Shown: positions 11,170 to 21,325, counted from the first letter of the stretch. The stretch: 24,422 nt of DNA from Saprolegnia diclina VS20 (GCF_000281045.1 NW_008246077.1:404326-428747); one strand, 5' to 3'. Notes: generated from the letters alone by a model not told the origin. Program-made: numbers and translations.

Positions 11170-12773
11170 ATGGTGTCGACAAGTGTGGTCGTCGTCCTCG
11201 CCGCCGTCGCCGCCGCCGGCCGAGCGATGGAGCAACCTCTGGACCGCGTCGTCTTTGGCTCGTGCAACGACCAGGCCAAGAAGCAGCCGCTGTGGCCGGC
11301 CATTGCGGCGCAGAAGCCCGAGCTCTTTGTCTGGCTTGGCGACAACGTACGCTGGTGATTGCTCCTGGATCGCCGGCTCATGTGGCGGCGATAGATCTAT
11401 GGCGATTACCGTGTCGTGGACGGGTCGTCGTTTCTGCCGCCCTTTACGTTCTTCCGCGATGCGCCGCCGACGATGCTCGCCGAGAAATATGCGTACGTCG
11501 CCGTCCCCTCTGCTCGTAGTGCTAATAAGGTTGATGCTAGCAAGCAGCTCGCGCAGCCCGAGTACGCTGCGCTCCGCGTTTCGGTGCCCATCATTGGCAC
11601 ATGGGACGACCACGACTATGGTGCGTCTGCATGCCTCTTGGATGACGCGTGAGTCGCGCGACAGGCCGCAACGATGGCAGCAAGGTCTACCCATTCCGGA
11701 AGGAGAGCCAAGCGCTCTTCCTCGACTTTCTTAACGAACCAAAGGACTCGCCTCGACGCCAACAAGAGGTCCGCGGCGAGATCGTCGGCGGCGCCAACTT
11801 CAGCATTCTGTAGGGCGTCTATGCGTCGTACACGTATGGCTCGGGCGACCGAGCTGTCAAATTCATCCTCCTCGACGTCCGGTACGTCGCGTACCTGCGT
11901 GCGACTCCCTGACGACGGACTACTAGGTACCACCGAGACCCGTACGGCACACTGAACGGGGACTATCTTGGCCCGGAGCAGTGGGTATGGCTCGAGGCCG
12001 AGCTCACATCGTCGACCGCGGCCTTCAACTTTATCGGGTCGGGCGTCCAAGTGCTCCCGGACGACCGCTGGTACGGCGGCGAGAATTGGGGCCGACTGCC
12101 GGGTGCGCGCCAGCGCCTCCTCAACTTGGTCTTGAAGTCGCCTGCGAAAGGCGTCGTCCTCCTCAGGTAATCCCGTCCGTCCGCGTGAAGATGGGCGTAA
12201 TGATCGAACTAACAGCGGCGATGTGCATTTCGCCGAGGTCAACCAAGTCGTGTGTGGCGCTGCGACGCTGACCGAAGTCACGAGCTCGGGCATGACTCAC
12301 GCATGGGTAAGATGCTACCGTACCCTTCTCTCTTATGCACGCGATTTTGGCTGCAGCAATACGTCAACACAAAGCTCAAGCTCTTCCCGACATGGATCTT
12401 CACCCTCGGGAATCTCATGCTGCCGTGGCACTACCGCGTCGAGCCGTCCACGTACTTTGCCGGGCTCAACTTTGGCTCGATCGCGTTCGACTGGGCGGCG
12501 TCGCCGCCGATCGCAACGCTCGCCGTACACAACACCATCGGCGACGTCAAGCTCACCCAGCGCGTACCCTCGGCGCGTCTGCCAGCATCCGCGGCAAGCG
12601 ACTGCGTCGCCCCGCACGCAGTGCACCCCGTGACGTACATGCTGCAATGCATCGCGCTGTGTGTCACAGTCGTGTCGCTCGTGCTGAGCCTACCCGCGAA
12701 CCTCGTGCTCGCACTCATCTTGCTGAAACGCGCCGTGTCGCGGCCGGTGGTAGCAGCCAAGAAGGCCGAGTAG
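11170..12773 (+). CDS. phoD: PhoD-family (alkaline phosphatase D) metallophosphoesterase with signal peptide and C-terminal TM anchor, multi-exon
   Basis: Motifs FGSCN, WLGDNIYGD, GTWDDHDYG, ILLDVRYHRD, LGPEQWVWLEAEL, LLSGDVHFAE and EVTSSGMTH. Hydrophobic N-terminus; C-terminal IALCVTVVSLVLSLPANLVLALILLKR. Confidence 0.93.
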
Positions 12774-13173
12774 ATCTTAGAGCCAAGTACCGGTACGAGG
12801 TCGTAATGCATGCGCCACATCTCTGTAGAGGTTGCATATGCAGTCGCCTCGTCGTGCAGTCGCTATGCTTCCTTCAGTAGCAGGCAGTAGCATGCGCCTT
12901 CTTCGTCATCTTCTTCTGCGTCCATCCTCCGCCACCATCCTTTCTTCCGTCCTGTCGCCCAAAAATCGAGTACAGTGTATTGGACATTGTATGGTGGACA
13001 GGATAAAAAAGTGGATCGAATTCGTTGCGATCTTTCGTGCCTTTCTCAAAACCAGATTTGTACTTGGTGTTTGTATCGCAACACTCAATCTCAATCGTTG
13101 ACATTCCAGCATTATCCGGACGAAGGAGGCTTCGTGTGTCACGAGGGGACGCCAATCTCGAATCTGCCTCGCC

Positions 13174-13449
13174 ATGGCCAAGTGCACTGCGTGTGAGAAG
13201 GCCGTGTACTTCAACGACACGCAAGTCAAGCCCAAGGACGGCCTTGTGTACCACAAGGCGTGCTTCAAGTGCCACGAGTGCGCGTCGCAGCTCACGATCG
13301 CCTCGTACACGTACTTTGGCGAGAAGCTCCTCTGCAAGACGCACTACATGATGGCCTTCCAGACCACCAACTCGTACGGCGGTGACGAGCGCTTCAAGAA
13401 GCAGAAGGACGAGAACGTCCTCCTCGCTGCGCCCGCGCCGACGGCCTAA
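13174..13449 (+). CDS. Single LIM zinc-finger protein (91 aa)
   Basis: CTAC...HKACFKCHEC...CKTH fits the LIM consensus; strongly C/G-ending codons; intronless. Confidence 0.92.
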   Translation: MAKCTACEKAVYFNDTQVKPKDGLVYHKACFKCHECASQLTIASYTYFGEKLLCKTHYMMAFQTTNSYGGDERFKKQKDENVLLAAPAPTA

Positions 13450-13696
13450 ACACTAGACGCCACGACAGTTTTGCTCGTCCGCCGCCTACTTGTGTATGCC
13501 TAATCTATTCTGCGACTTCGTGTCTTCTTCGCCCATCGCGCTCGCGCGTGTGACACGCAATGGCCGAGCCCGTGCAGGCTGGCGGCGCGGCCAGCGATGG
13601 GTGCCAACGACGATGGCCATGCTGCAACAAGGGAGACAGAGAACAGCATCACATCGTTCGCCGTGCGCATATTATAGACGGTAGCAGTTGCGCGCG

Positions 13697-14431
13697 CTAC
13701 GTAGTCGAGCTGCAAAGCCTCCGCACACCAGGAAGATCGTCGCAGAGCTTGGTGAGCGTGGCCGAGATCGGCGCTGGCGCGACCACATGGGGGCGGACGG
13801 CATCAGCGAGCTGGTCGAACGCACCGTCGCACGGCAACGCCAGCTCCAGCGGTGTGTCGTCGGGACTCACATCATTAGACAGAGCAACGTTGTCGCGTTG
13901 TGCGGCTTCTTCGACTCGGCGGTCAAACTGTTCGTTGTAGGCGCGGTCGTCACTTGTAAAGTCCAGCACGGGTGTGTACGGCGGAGGGGCGGGTGCTTCG
14001 TCGTCCGCCGAGAAGAAGGGCTCGTATCGCTTACCAGACCACCAGCCGCGCACCCATTTCGTAAGGCGCACGTGCAAGGGCTGTCGGCGGACGTGCTGGA
14101 AGCGCATGCGCATCCGCCGCTGCTTCCGGACTGTCGCTGCGGCTTCGTCCGCGTCCTCGTCCGTGTCTTCGTCGTCGGTCGATACATCTACCTTAGGGCG
14201 CTTGGGCGTGCGCGCTACAAAGGGCGAGAACGTCACGCGTCGCGGCGATGTGATGCCATCGAGAAAATCCATCGTGTGCAGCTTGGCCTTCCCGGGCTTC
14301 GTCGGCGTTGGTCCTTCGGGGCCGCGGCGCCGCTTCGCTGGCGACTTCATCGCGCTCTTCTTCACCGACGTATCGACCCGGGCCTTGGACGTGCGCAGGA
14401 TGGAGCGCACGGGCAGGCGCAAGTCGTCCAT
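13697..14431 (-). CDS. Hypothetical basic/acidic low-complexity protein with SILR and RVTF motifs (~244 aa)
   Basis: Open frame with gene-like codon usage; first ATG at 14431 (14449 is GTG). Contains KRRR and PKRPK NLS-like motifs, several SP/TP sites and an acidic tract. The 3' end could be extended by splicing. Confidence 0.75.
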   Translation of the reverse strand: MDDLRLPVRSILRTSKARVDTSVKKSAMKSPAKRRRGPEGPTPTKPGKAKLHTMDFLDGITSPRRVTFSPFVARTPKRPKVDVSTDDEDTDEDADEAAATVRKQRRMRMRFQHVRRQPLHVRLTKWVRGWWSGKRYEPFFSADDEAPAPPPYTPVLDFTSDDRAYNEQFDRRVEEAAQRDNVALSNDVSPDDTPLELALPCDGAFDQLADAVRPHVVAPAPISATLTKLCDDLPGVRRLCSSTT

Positions 14432-14662
14432 GTCGGCTTCCTGACCCACGGCGACCCAACCGAAATACGCGACGTGCAGTGGCCCGTGGCTTTTTCACAC
14501 ACCGTGTGGGTGTTTTTCACATCATGGCGATCACAAAAACCACGCACCAGGGGTTGCATAAACAAGCAAAGTTGCGTGCAACCAGCATTTCACACATGGA
14601 AGCCTCCTCGTGGGAAATGAGACTTTATCCGGATATCCGAATACCGTGCCAGGCAGCAAGGT

Positions 14663-15707
14663 ATGGCGGCGATCCTCGTCCTCTGCGGCCTTCCTGGCGC
14701 CGGCAAGTCGACGTTTGCCCGCGCCCTAGCAGACGCTGCTTTGAGGACGTACGAGGTGCACTACATTAGCTTTGACGATGTCTTTGTGGCGCGCTTCGCG
14801 GCGAACGACGGTTCGTTTGCGCCCGAGCAGTGGAAAGACGCGGTTGCTGCCATCTACGTCGAGGTAGAGCTCGCGCTTGCTGCGGCCTCGATGAGTGGCA
14901 AACCCCGTGTGTAGGCCATATGTGGCTTTCTACGCTGCATGTATCGATCTGCTCTTGTAGACTGCTCTTGGACGACAACATGTACTATCGCAGTATGCGC
15001 AAAAAGTACCTGCAGCTGTGTCGACAGCGTACGACGCATCGAGCTACGACCACGTGACGAAGGCGACCTGTTTGTTATAGGTAACGTGGGCTTTGGCGTG
15101 ATTCATGTGGACACGCCGCCGGACCTTTGCCGCGCCCGCAACGCCGCAAGGCCAAACCCGGTGCCGGACGTTGTCTTTCGCCGAATGCAAGCTCTCTTCC
15201 AGCCACCTCGTCCAAGCGCGCAACCGTGGGAAGCCCGATCTATCGTCATCGACTTGAGTACCGCCGACTCCACGCCGTGGGCTCTCGTTAATGCGTATTT
15301 GGTCTCATCCCATGTGCACCAGACATGCGCTTTGCGCAGCTCTCGCGATGATCGCTGAGGCAGTCGCGGCGCCAGAAGTCGACACAGCCCAAGAAAGCAT
15401 GCTTGAAAAGGTGTTGATGTGGCCAAGCGCATGACTAAGGATGCTCTGGACGTAGGAACGCAGCCGAGCGGCGACCATTGCCAGCGTGCTCCACCGAGCA
15501 GACCTCGTCTTGCGCCAGCTCGTGGGATCGATCCTTCGGGATGCCAAGGAGTCCAACACGACTTCGCTTCCGACGCTCGCCAAGCACCTCGCACGAGCCA
15601 AAGAGGCGGTTCTCCGAGACCAGGCACGCGATGCATGCGACACCGACGACGACGTTGTCGATAGCCTCGTGGCGGCCTTTCTGCGGCAATGTCAATCGTT
15701 TCAATAA
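14663..15707 (+). CDS. PSTK: L-seryl-tRNA(Sec) kinase, multi-exon
   Basis: Walker A VLCGLPGAGKST, ISFDD, LLDDNMYYRSMR, lid CRARNAARPNPVP, PWE, and C-terminal SVLHRADLVLRQLV. This pattern resembles eukaryotic PSTK more than KTI12. The junction near 15260-15340 is ambiguous. Confidence 0.85.
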
Positions 15708-15739
15708 AGTACGATTGACCGTTTGCGTACTTGTCTGAA

Positions 15740-16249
15740 ATGGTCGCGCAGCACGTGGCCCGGCTGGGGAGCGGTGCGTCGCCGCGGATGCTAGCGGCTC
15801 TCATACGTGGCAGCGTTGTAGACGATGCGCTCGCAGATGTCACGCCATCGACGTCGACGACGGAGCTCAAACAGCTGCTCGAGCTCGCCTCCGGGCTCAC
15901 GCACGAGGTGCTGCGCTTCCGGCTGACGCTGGTGGATGGCACAACGATCGACTTGCGCACGGGCCGATCCGCCACGATGGCTACCCTCCTGCGTCTGATT
16001 CAGCGCGAAATCGCAACGACGACGTGGTCGCTTTCGTGGTACGACTACGTAACCCAGGCAGCACTATACGATCACATGCACCGTAGGAAGAGCGTGCTCA
16101 AGGCCCACGAGCTACGCTGCAATGGCACACCGCTGGTCGCCCCAGCCAAGCAGGCCGCGCTCTCCACGTACCCTATGGTGCACGTAAATGGCATCAACGA
16201 GCTCGTGTTCCAGCGCCATGTCCAGCGCCGACGCGAGAAGCGAAAATAA
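15740..16249 (+). CDS. SNRNP25: U11/U12 snRNP 25 kDa protein-like (ubiquitin-like fold)
   Basis: DDALADVTPSTSTTELKQLLELASG, LVDGTTIDLRTGRSATMATLLRLIQR, LSWKSVLKAHELRCNGTPL (after removing a 48-nt in-frame GT-AG intron) and ELVFQRHVQRRR follow the SNRNP25 pattern. The start could instead be the ATG at 15788. Confidence 0.72.
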   Translation: MVAQHVARLGSGASPRMLAALIRGSVVDDALADVTPSTSTTELKQLLELASGLTHEVLRFRLTLVDGTTIDLRTGRSATMATLLRLIQREIATTTWSLSWYDYVTQAALYDHMHRRKSVLKAHELRCNGTPLVAPAKQAALSTYPMVHVNGINELVFQRHVQRRREKRK

Positions 16250-16288
16250 TGTCGTCGAATCAAACGCCGTCGTGCTTCCTCGTTCTCT

Positions 16289-16776
16289 TTACGACTCGGT
16301 CTCGTCGTCTTCCTCCATGGCCGTGAGCAGCTGCTTGAGATCCGCCCAGAGCTTCTCTCGGTCGTCGCCTTCGAGCGCGCCCGTGAGCTTTGCGCTGCGC
16401 TCTTCGCCCGTCGAGAGGAACCACAACGCAACGAGGTGCGTGTCGCCATTCTCGGGCAGCGGGAAGCCGTACTTGTCTTCGAGCCAGATCGGCGGGCCCT
16501 TGGCGAGGAGTCGACGCAGCTCCGCTTTGCAGTCGGGCTCTACACGCAATCATCCAATGAGCGCGGTGGACGCAGGCAGGCGGTACCTTGCACGCCCTTC
16601 ATGTAGGCCGGGAACTGCGCGTCGAGGAGCTGCAGCGTGACCTCAGCGCAGAACTTGCTCGCGTGCCACGTCATGCTCGGGTACGTCTGGTACTCGCAGT
16701 AGTTGTCATCCGTGATGTCGTCCATCGTGGCCAGGCACTCCATGCCCTCGGCCGGCGCCCCATGCTCGGTCGCCAT
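16289..16776 (-). CDS. Conserved hypothetical acidic protein, two exons
   Basis: ATG at 16776 in AAAATGG context: MATEHGAPAEGMECLATMDDITDDNYCEYQTYPSMTWHASKFC. A short GT-AG intron at about 16586-16540 joins it to EPDCKAELRRLLAKGPPIWLEDKYGFPLP. Strong codon bias. Confidence 0.85.
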
Positions 16777-17161
16777 TTTGTCGTCGCGGCTTTTTCGAAG
16801 TTCGAAGTTCGAATACAGTTCGACGATATTCGACGATCCTATCAGGTGGCGGACGTCTGGCGAAGACTGGTGTCTGGGTGAGGAACCAGGCCCGGCTGCC
16901 CGGCTTGCCTTCAACTGCGATGCGCCTCGATGCTACGAGCGCTCAGTTGCGCCGGTGCGTGCGAGTCCTACGCTGCACCTGATCGAGCTGCTGCGTGGTT
17001 GTCCGTGACAAGATACCGCCGTGGTGCACGTTCGTCAAAGGCAGATGCTGGCGCGGACCATCACGCGAGACACAAGCGCATGCATACTGGTACACGGAAT
17101 ATATTGGATTTTTAGGACACGAGAAGAAGAAGCACGCAATAGTAGAACGAAGAGGACGGAC

Positions 17162-17975
17162 TCACTTCTTGGCAAACTGCTCGCCACCGGCGTAGCTGTT
17201 GGCCATGATGAAGCGCTCGGTGTAGTGGCCTTTGCAAAGCAAGGTTTCGCTCGCGTACGTAAAGTTCTTGAGCGTCAGCTGGGTCGCGCACGAGGCGCAC
17301 TTGAAGCAGCTGTGGTGGAAGACCTTGCCCTCGAGCGCCATCTTGGGGTCGTGCAAGTAGACGCTCGTACAACAGTTGGCGCATTTCGGGCTGCTCTTGA
17401 CCTTGAACACGATCGGCGTGCCCTTCCGGATGCTCATCGCGTCGTCGCCGTCGTCCTCGCCCGAGTTGCGCCGCCGGAGGCGCATGTCATGCAGCAGAAA
17501 TGGGTTGGCGCTGAACGAGTCGGTGATCGACGAGATCTTGCGCGGTCGCCCATCGATCGGCAGCTCCGTCTACGTACATAAACCATGAGCCTCATTCTGC
17601 ACCAGACGCGTCGCCTACGACAGCAGACCCTACCTCGGGCTCGGGTTCGTAATGCTTGATTGGCGGCTGCTTGGCCATGCTCGAGATCTCTTGCACAACG
17701 GCCGCCGAGACCACATCGTCCTTTTGCTTCTTAAACTTGTCTTCGCCGCCGTACGAGTTCATGCGCTGGAAGAACGAGACGTAGTGAATCTTGCAGAGGA
17801 GCGTGTCGCCGTGGTACGCAAACGAGTTGAGCGTGAGCTGCGACGCGCACTCGGTGCACTTGAAGCACGCTTTGTGGTAGAGGTGCTCGGTCTTGGCGCG
17901 GACCTGCAGGTCGTTGTAGTACACGGGCTTGGCGCAGGCCGAGCAGTTGGGCGTTGTCAAAATCGAGTGCACCAT
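17162..17975 (-). CDS. Two-LIM-domain protein
   Basis: LIM1 CSAC...HKACFKCTEC...CKIH; intron at about 17633-17568; linker TELPIDGRPRKISSITDSFSANPFL; LIM2 CANC...HHSCFKCASC...CKGH. The apparent TGA overlaps a GTGAGT donor, so the C-terminus may extend further. Confidence 0.9.
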
Positions 17976-18729
17976 AGTCGAGTACTACTACGAAGGACGC
18001 GTGCGATTTGGTTGTGGCGACCACAACCTGGTCGGCGAACGCGTCCGGATACGAAGAGCAATCGTACGGATATAGACACGCGTGCAAGCAGATGAAAACT
18101 CAGATCCAAAAAAAAGCAGCGCAAATATTTGCCGCCGTCGCAGCCGCCTTGTGGACACGAGGAGCATCCGAGTCGAGTCTCCCTCTGTGTACTACGTACA
18201 TGATATAGTACTCGGCGACAGAGTCGAAGGATTGACCGCGATCGAATCCTCCCGGCTTCGAAAATCTGCAGATTCCTTGGGCAGTCCGCCCTTCTTTACG
18301 CCAAGCGCTCTTGTCCACACGTGCCCAGGATGATCAACGAAAGAACGCTCGACATGTGTATGTGCCCATGACGTCCGTTCCGTCATATGCGCTACAGCCG
18401 CAGCGTCTACAGGCGCGGCCTGTTGCCTCGTTCGCGTTACGACTTCTTCAAGAGCTTATGGAGGGAGAGAGGCTGCTTGTATGATAGTCGACTTGATAGC
18501 GAGCGTGCGCCATTCCCGAGACCAACGTGATACTACAAGTAGCCGCGATGACGCCGCGGTTTGGTTGCGTCAACACGCGCGTGCGTGTTTTTGAGTTTGA
18601 GATTTGGAGCGTATCCGGCGTGTGACACAACAGACTTTGCCATTTGTGATACAAATCGCAATACCCGCGACTGGCTTGTAAAACAGCTGGTAACGTTTGG
18701 CGAAAGGCCGCAAGATCGGCGGACGCGTG

Positions 18730-21325
18730 ATGCGCTCGTGGCCGCTCGTGCTTCTGCTACTCGTGCATTGGTCACGCTCGACACGTAGGATGCCACGTTT
18801 GCTACTGCTGAGAGACTTGTTTGCGGGTCGTAGTGCTGATTACTACCGCCGACCTACACGCCGAGCTCAAGGATGGCGCTGTTACGTCGCGCCGACTCAG
18901 TGGGAGCGGCAACGCCGGCCTCTTCCGCGCGATAAGCGGCTACGGCTTTCGCACGCAGAGCAACGCAGCGATCTTGCCGAATCTGAGCCTCGAGGCGTGT
19001 GCGACGGCGTGCGTGCGCGACGCGGCCTGTCTCGCGTTCGACCTCGAAGCCAGCACGTGCTACATCGCGCATACGGACCGCTACGCCCACCCCGCCGACT
19101 TTTTGCCCCGTCCCGCGAGCACCCACTACGAGTGGCAAGGTGCGACGACAGGTTGACATGCGCGCACAACACGTGGCATCGTAGGCGCGGTGGCCACACC
19201 GACGATCGCGCCCAACGGCGGCGTCCTGACCTCGTACGGCGCGGTCCAGCTCTTTACGACGTCACGCCAGGCCGCGATATGGTACGCGCTCAAGGCCGTC
19301 GCGGACGGAGCGACAACAAACTACGCGGCGTACGCGATCGGGACGACGATCACGCTGCCCGAGTACCCGTGCTATGTCCTTGCCTACGCAACCAAAGCGG
19401 GCTTGACCGACAGCGCGGTGCTCGTGTCCAACCCGTTTACAATATACGGTACACTGGCCAAGCATACTCGTGCATTGAGAGATAGGGCTGTAGCGACCAA
19501 GTACATGTACCTCGTGCCCTTCTACAACGGGTATGGCTTCCACGGCCTCGTCACCCAAGTGCAGCTCGACGTCCAAGGCGTCAAGCGCCCGCGGCCGTCG
19601 CGCGTGCTCGAGTTCACCGATATCAACACGACGCTCGGTATTGGACCGTACACCAACCAGCTGCAGACGATCAACCTCACGGCGTACGATCCGCGGCTCG
19701 CCGGTTTTTACGATGGCTTTACCGGTATGTATATCTCAAAAGCAGCCTTTACACGTTCAGTTTGAGATAGCGGTCACGACTGTCGGGTATGCCAATGTGA
19801 GCTTGCAGTCGTTCCGCAACACCTCGCGCTGGGTACTGATTCCGAACGATGCGTATACTCCAGCGATTGGCGACTACATTTATAACCCGTCGCTGCGCCG
19901 CCAAGAAGAGTATTTGTACCTGTGCCCGTACCAAAATGCACTGGGCTACTCGGGTGTCATTGCCAAAGTCAACGTCCGCGGCTTCCAAGCCTCGACAAGG
20001 AACGACCCGCCGTTTTTACCACTTGTGCATACGCTCGACCTGACGACAATCGATGCGTCGCTCACTGGCTTTAGCGCTTGCTTTACGAGTATGTATACGT
20101 TCTGTTGGTCTAGTTGAACAATAGCGTAGGTGGCAACTATGGCTACTTTGTCCAGCGGCGCAACGCCAACGGACTCGCGGGCTGCATTGTCCGCGTCGAC
20201 CTCACGCGCTTTGGCACACCGGCGTCTGCTGTGACGGTGCTCAACGCGACCGCGATCGACGCCCGCTTCGTCGGCTTTAGTGGCGCTGTCGTGTGTACGT
20301 ACTCTATAGCAGAGTATCAACTTGATACATAAAATAACGCCGCTAGTCAACAACGTCGCGTACCTCGTGCCCTTTGAGCGCAACAAGGTGGGCTTGGAGC
20401 GCAATGTCAACTACAAGCACTTTCCGACTGCAACGTCGAGCGTCGTCGGCGTCGTCGACTTGACCACGTTTGCCACCGTGACGCCCCTCGACCTCGCCGT
20501 CTTGGACCCCAAGTACGCGTGCGGCTACTTTGGGGGCTTTCTGGGTCTGTCATCCTGACATGTGCATTGTTCTCATGTCGGTCTGTAGTGAGTCAGTTTG
20601 TCTACTTTGTGCCGTACATGTGGACGACCGACACGACGTCGCCCGAAGTGAACCCGTACCACGGCCTCTTGACGCGACTCAACACGAAGACGCAGACGCT
20701 CGAGCAGCTGGACCTGACGACGGTCGACATCTCGCTCCGCGGCTTTATGCGCGGCTTTGCCTGTACACCTCTCTCCTACGTACGGCTTGTTGGGACATGG
20801 AATGGGTAGTTGGTCGGTATGCCATATTGGTGCCGCACCGCAATGGTCTGACGACACAGCGCCCGATGCGCCTCAACCAGCCGCAGAAACACAACCTGGG
20901 CACGATCGTCGCCGTCGACAACGACAACTTTACGCCGTCCGGTGTCCGGTCCCTCGATCTCACGTTGGCCTTGCGCAGTCAGATTCCCAACATGCCGGAC
21001 GCGGACCTCCGTGGCTTCATCGGCGGCGGCGTCTCGGGCGAGTATGGCTTTTTCGTACCCTACTTTAACGGCGTGCGCTTCTCTGGTAGGCTTGTAGGCT
21101 TCGCCACACGACGTATGTACATAAGTAGGCAAGGTCGTGCGCGTGAATTTGCGGACGTTTGGCGAAGTCCAAGTCCTCGACATGACGCAGCAGCAGGACA
21201 CGCTGCGCGGGTTTACGAACGCAGTGTTTCCCCAGTTGGCGACGCAGACGCAGACGTCGCTCTGGAATTATGTGATCCCCGATGGCACCCAAGTCCAGTA
21301 CAACTTTATCACCATCGACATGTAA
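18730..21325 (+). CDS. Secreted modular protein: signal peptide, PAN/Apple domain, Fn3-associated/CHB_HEX_C-like domain and seven ~55-75 aa repeats (probable beta-propeller); 10 exons, 727 aa
   Basis: Signal MRSWPLVLLLLVHWSRS; PAN-like SLEACATACVRDAACLAFDL...CY; ATPTIAPNGG...AIWY...AYATKAGLTDSAV; repeats Y.Y.VP..N...G.V..V......LDLT..D..L.GF..GF. All exons join in frame through GT-AG introns. Confidence 0.85.

Noticed and set aside
15290..15360. In-frame TGA (15356-15358) in PSTK as a possible selenocysteine codon
   Set aside because: The read-through frame stops again and looks non-coding. An alternative intron (15277-15322 or 15258-15339) restores the frame without recoding.
3963..15707. 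A tRNA-linked functional cluster of ATE1, PSTK and the JmjC gene
   Set aside because: The genes are dispersed among unrelated ones in mixed orientation, and the JmjC protein is not clearly TYW5. Chance adjacency suffices.
16794..16836. TTCGAAG repeats as a heat-shock element
   Set aside because: The spacing is GAAnTTC rather than the GAAnnTTC of an HSE. It is only a short repeat in a promoter.
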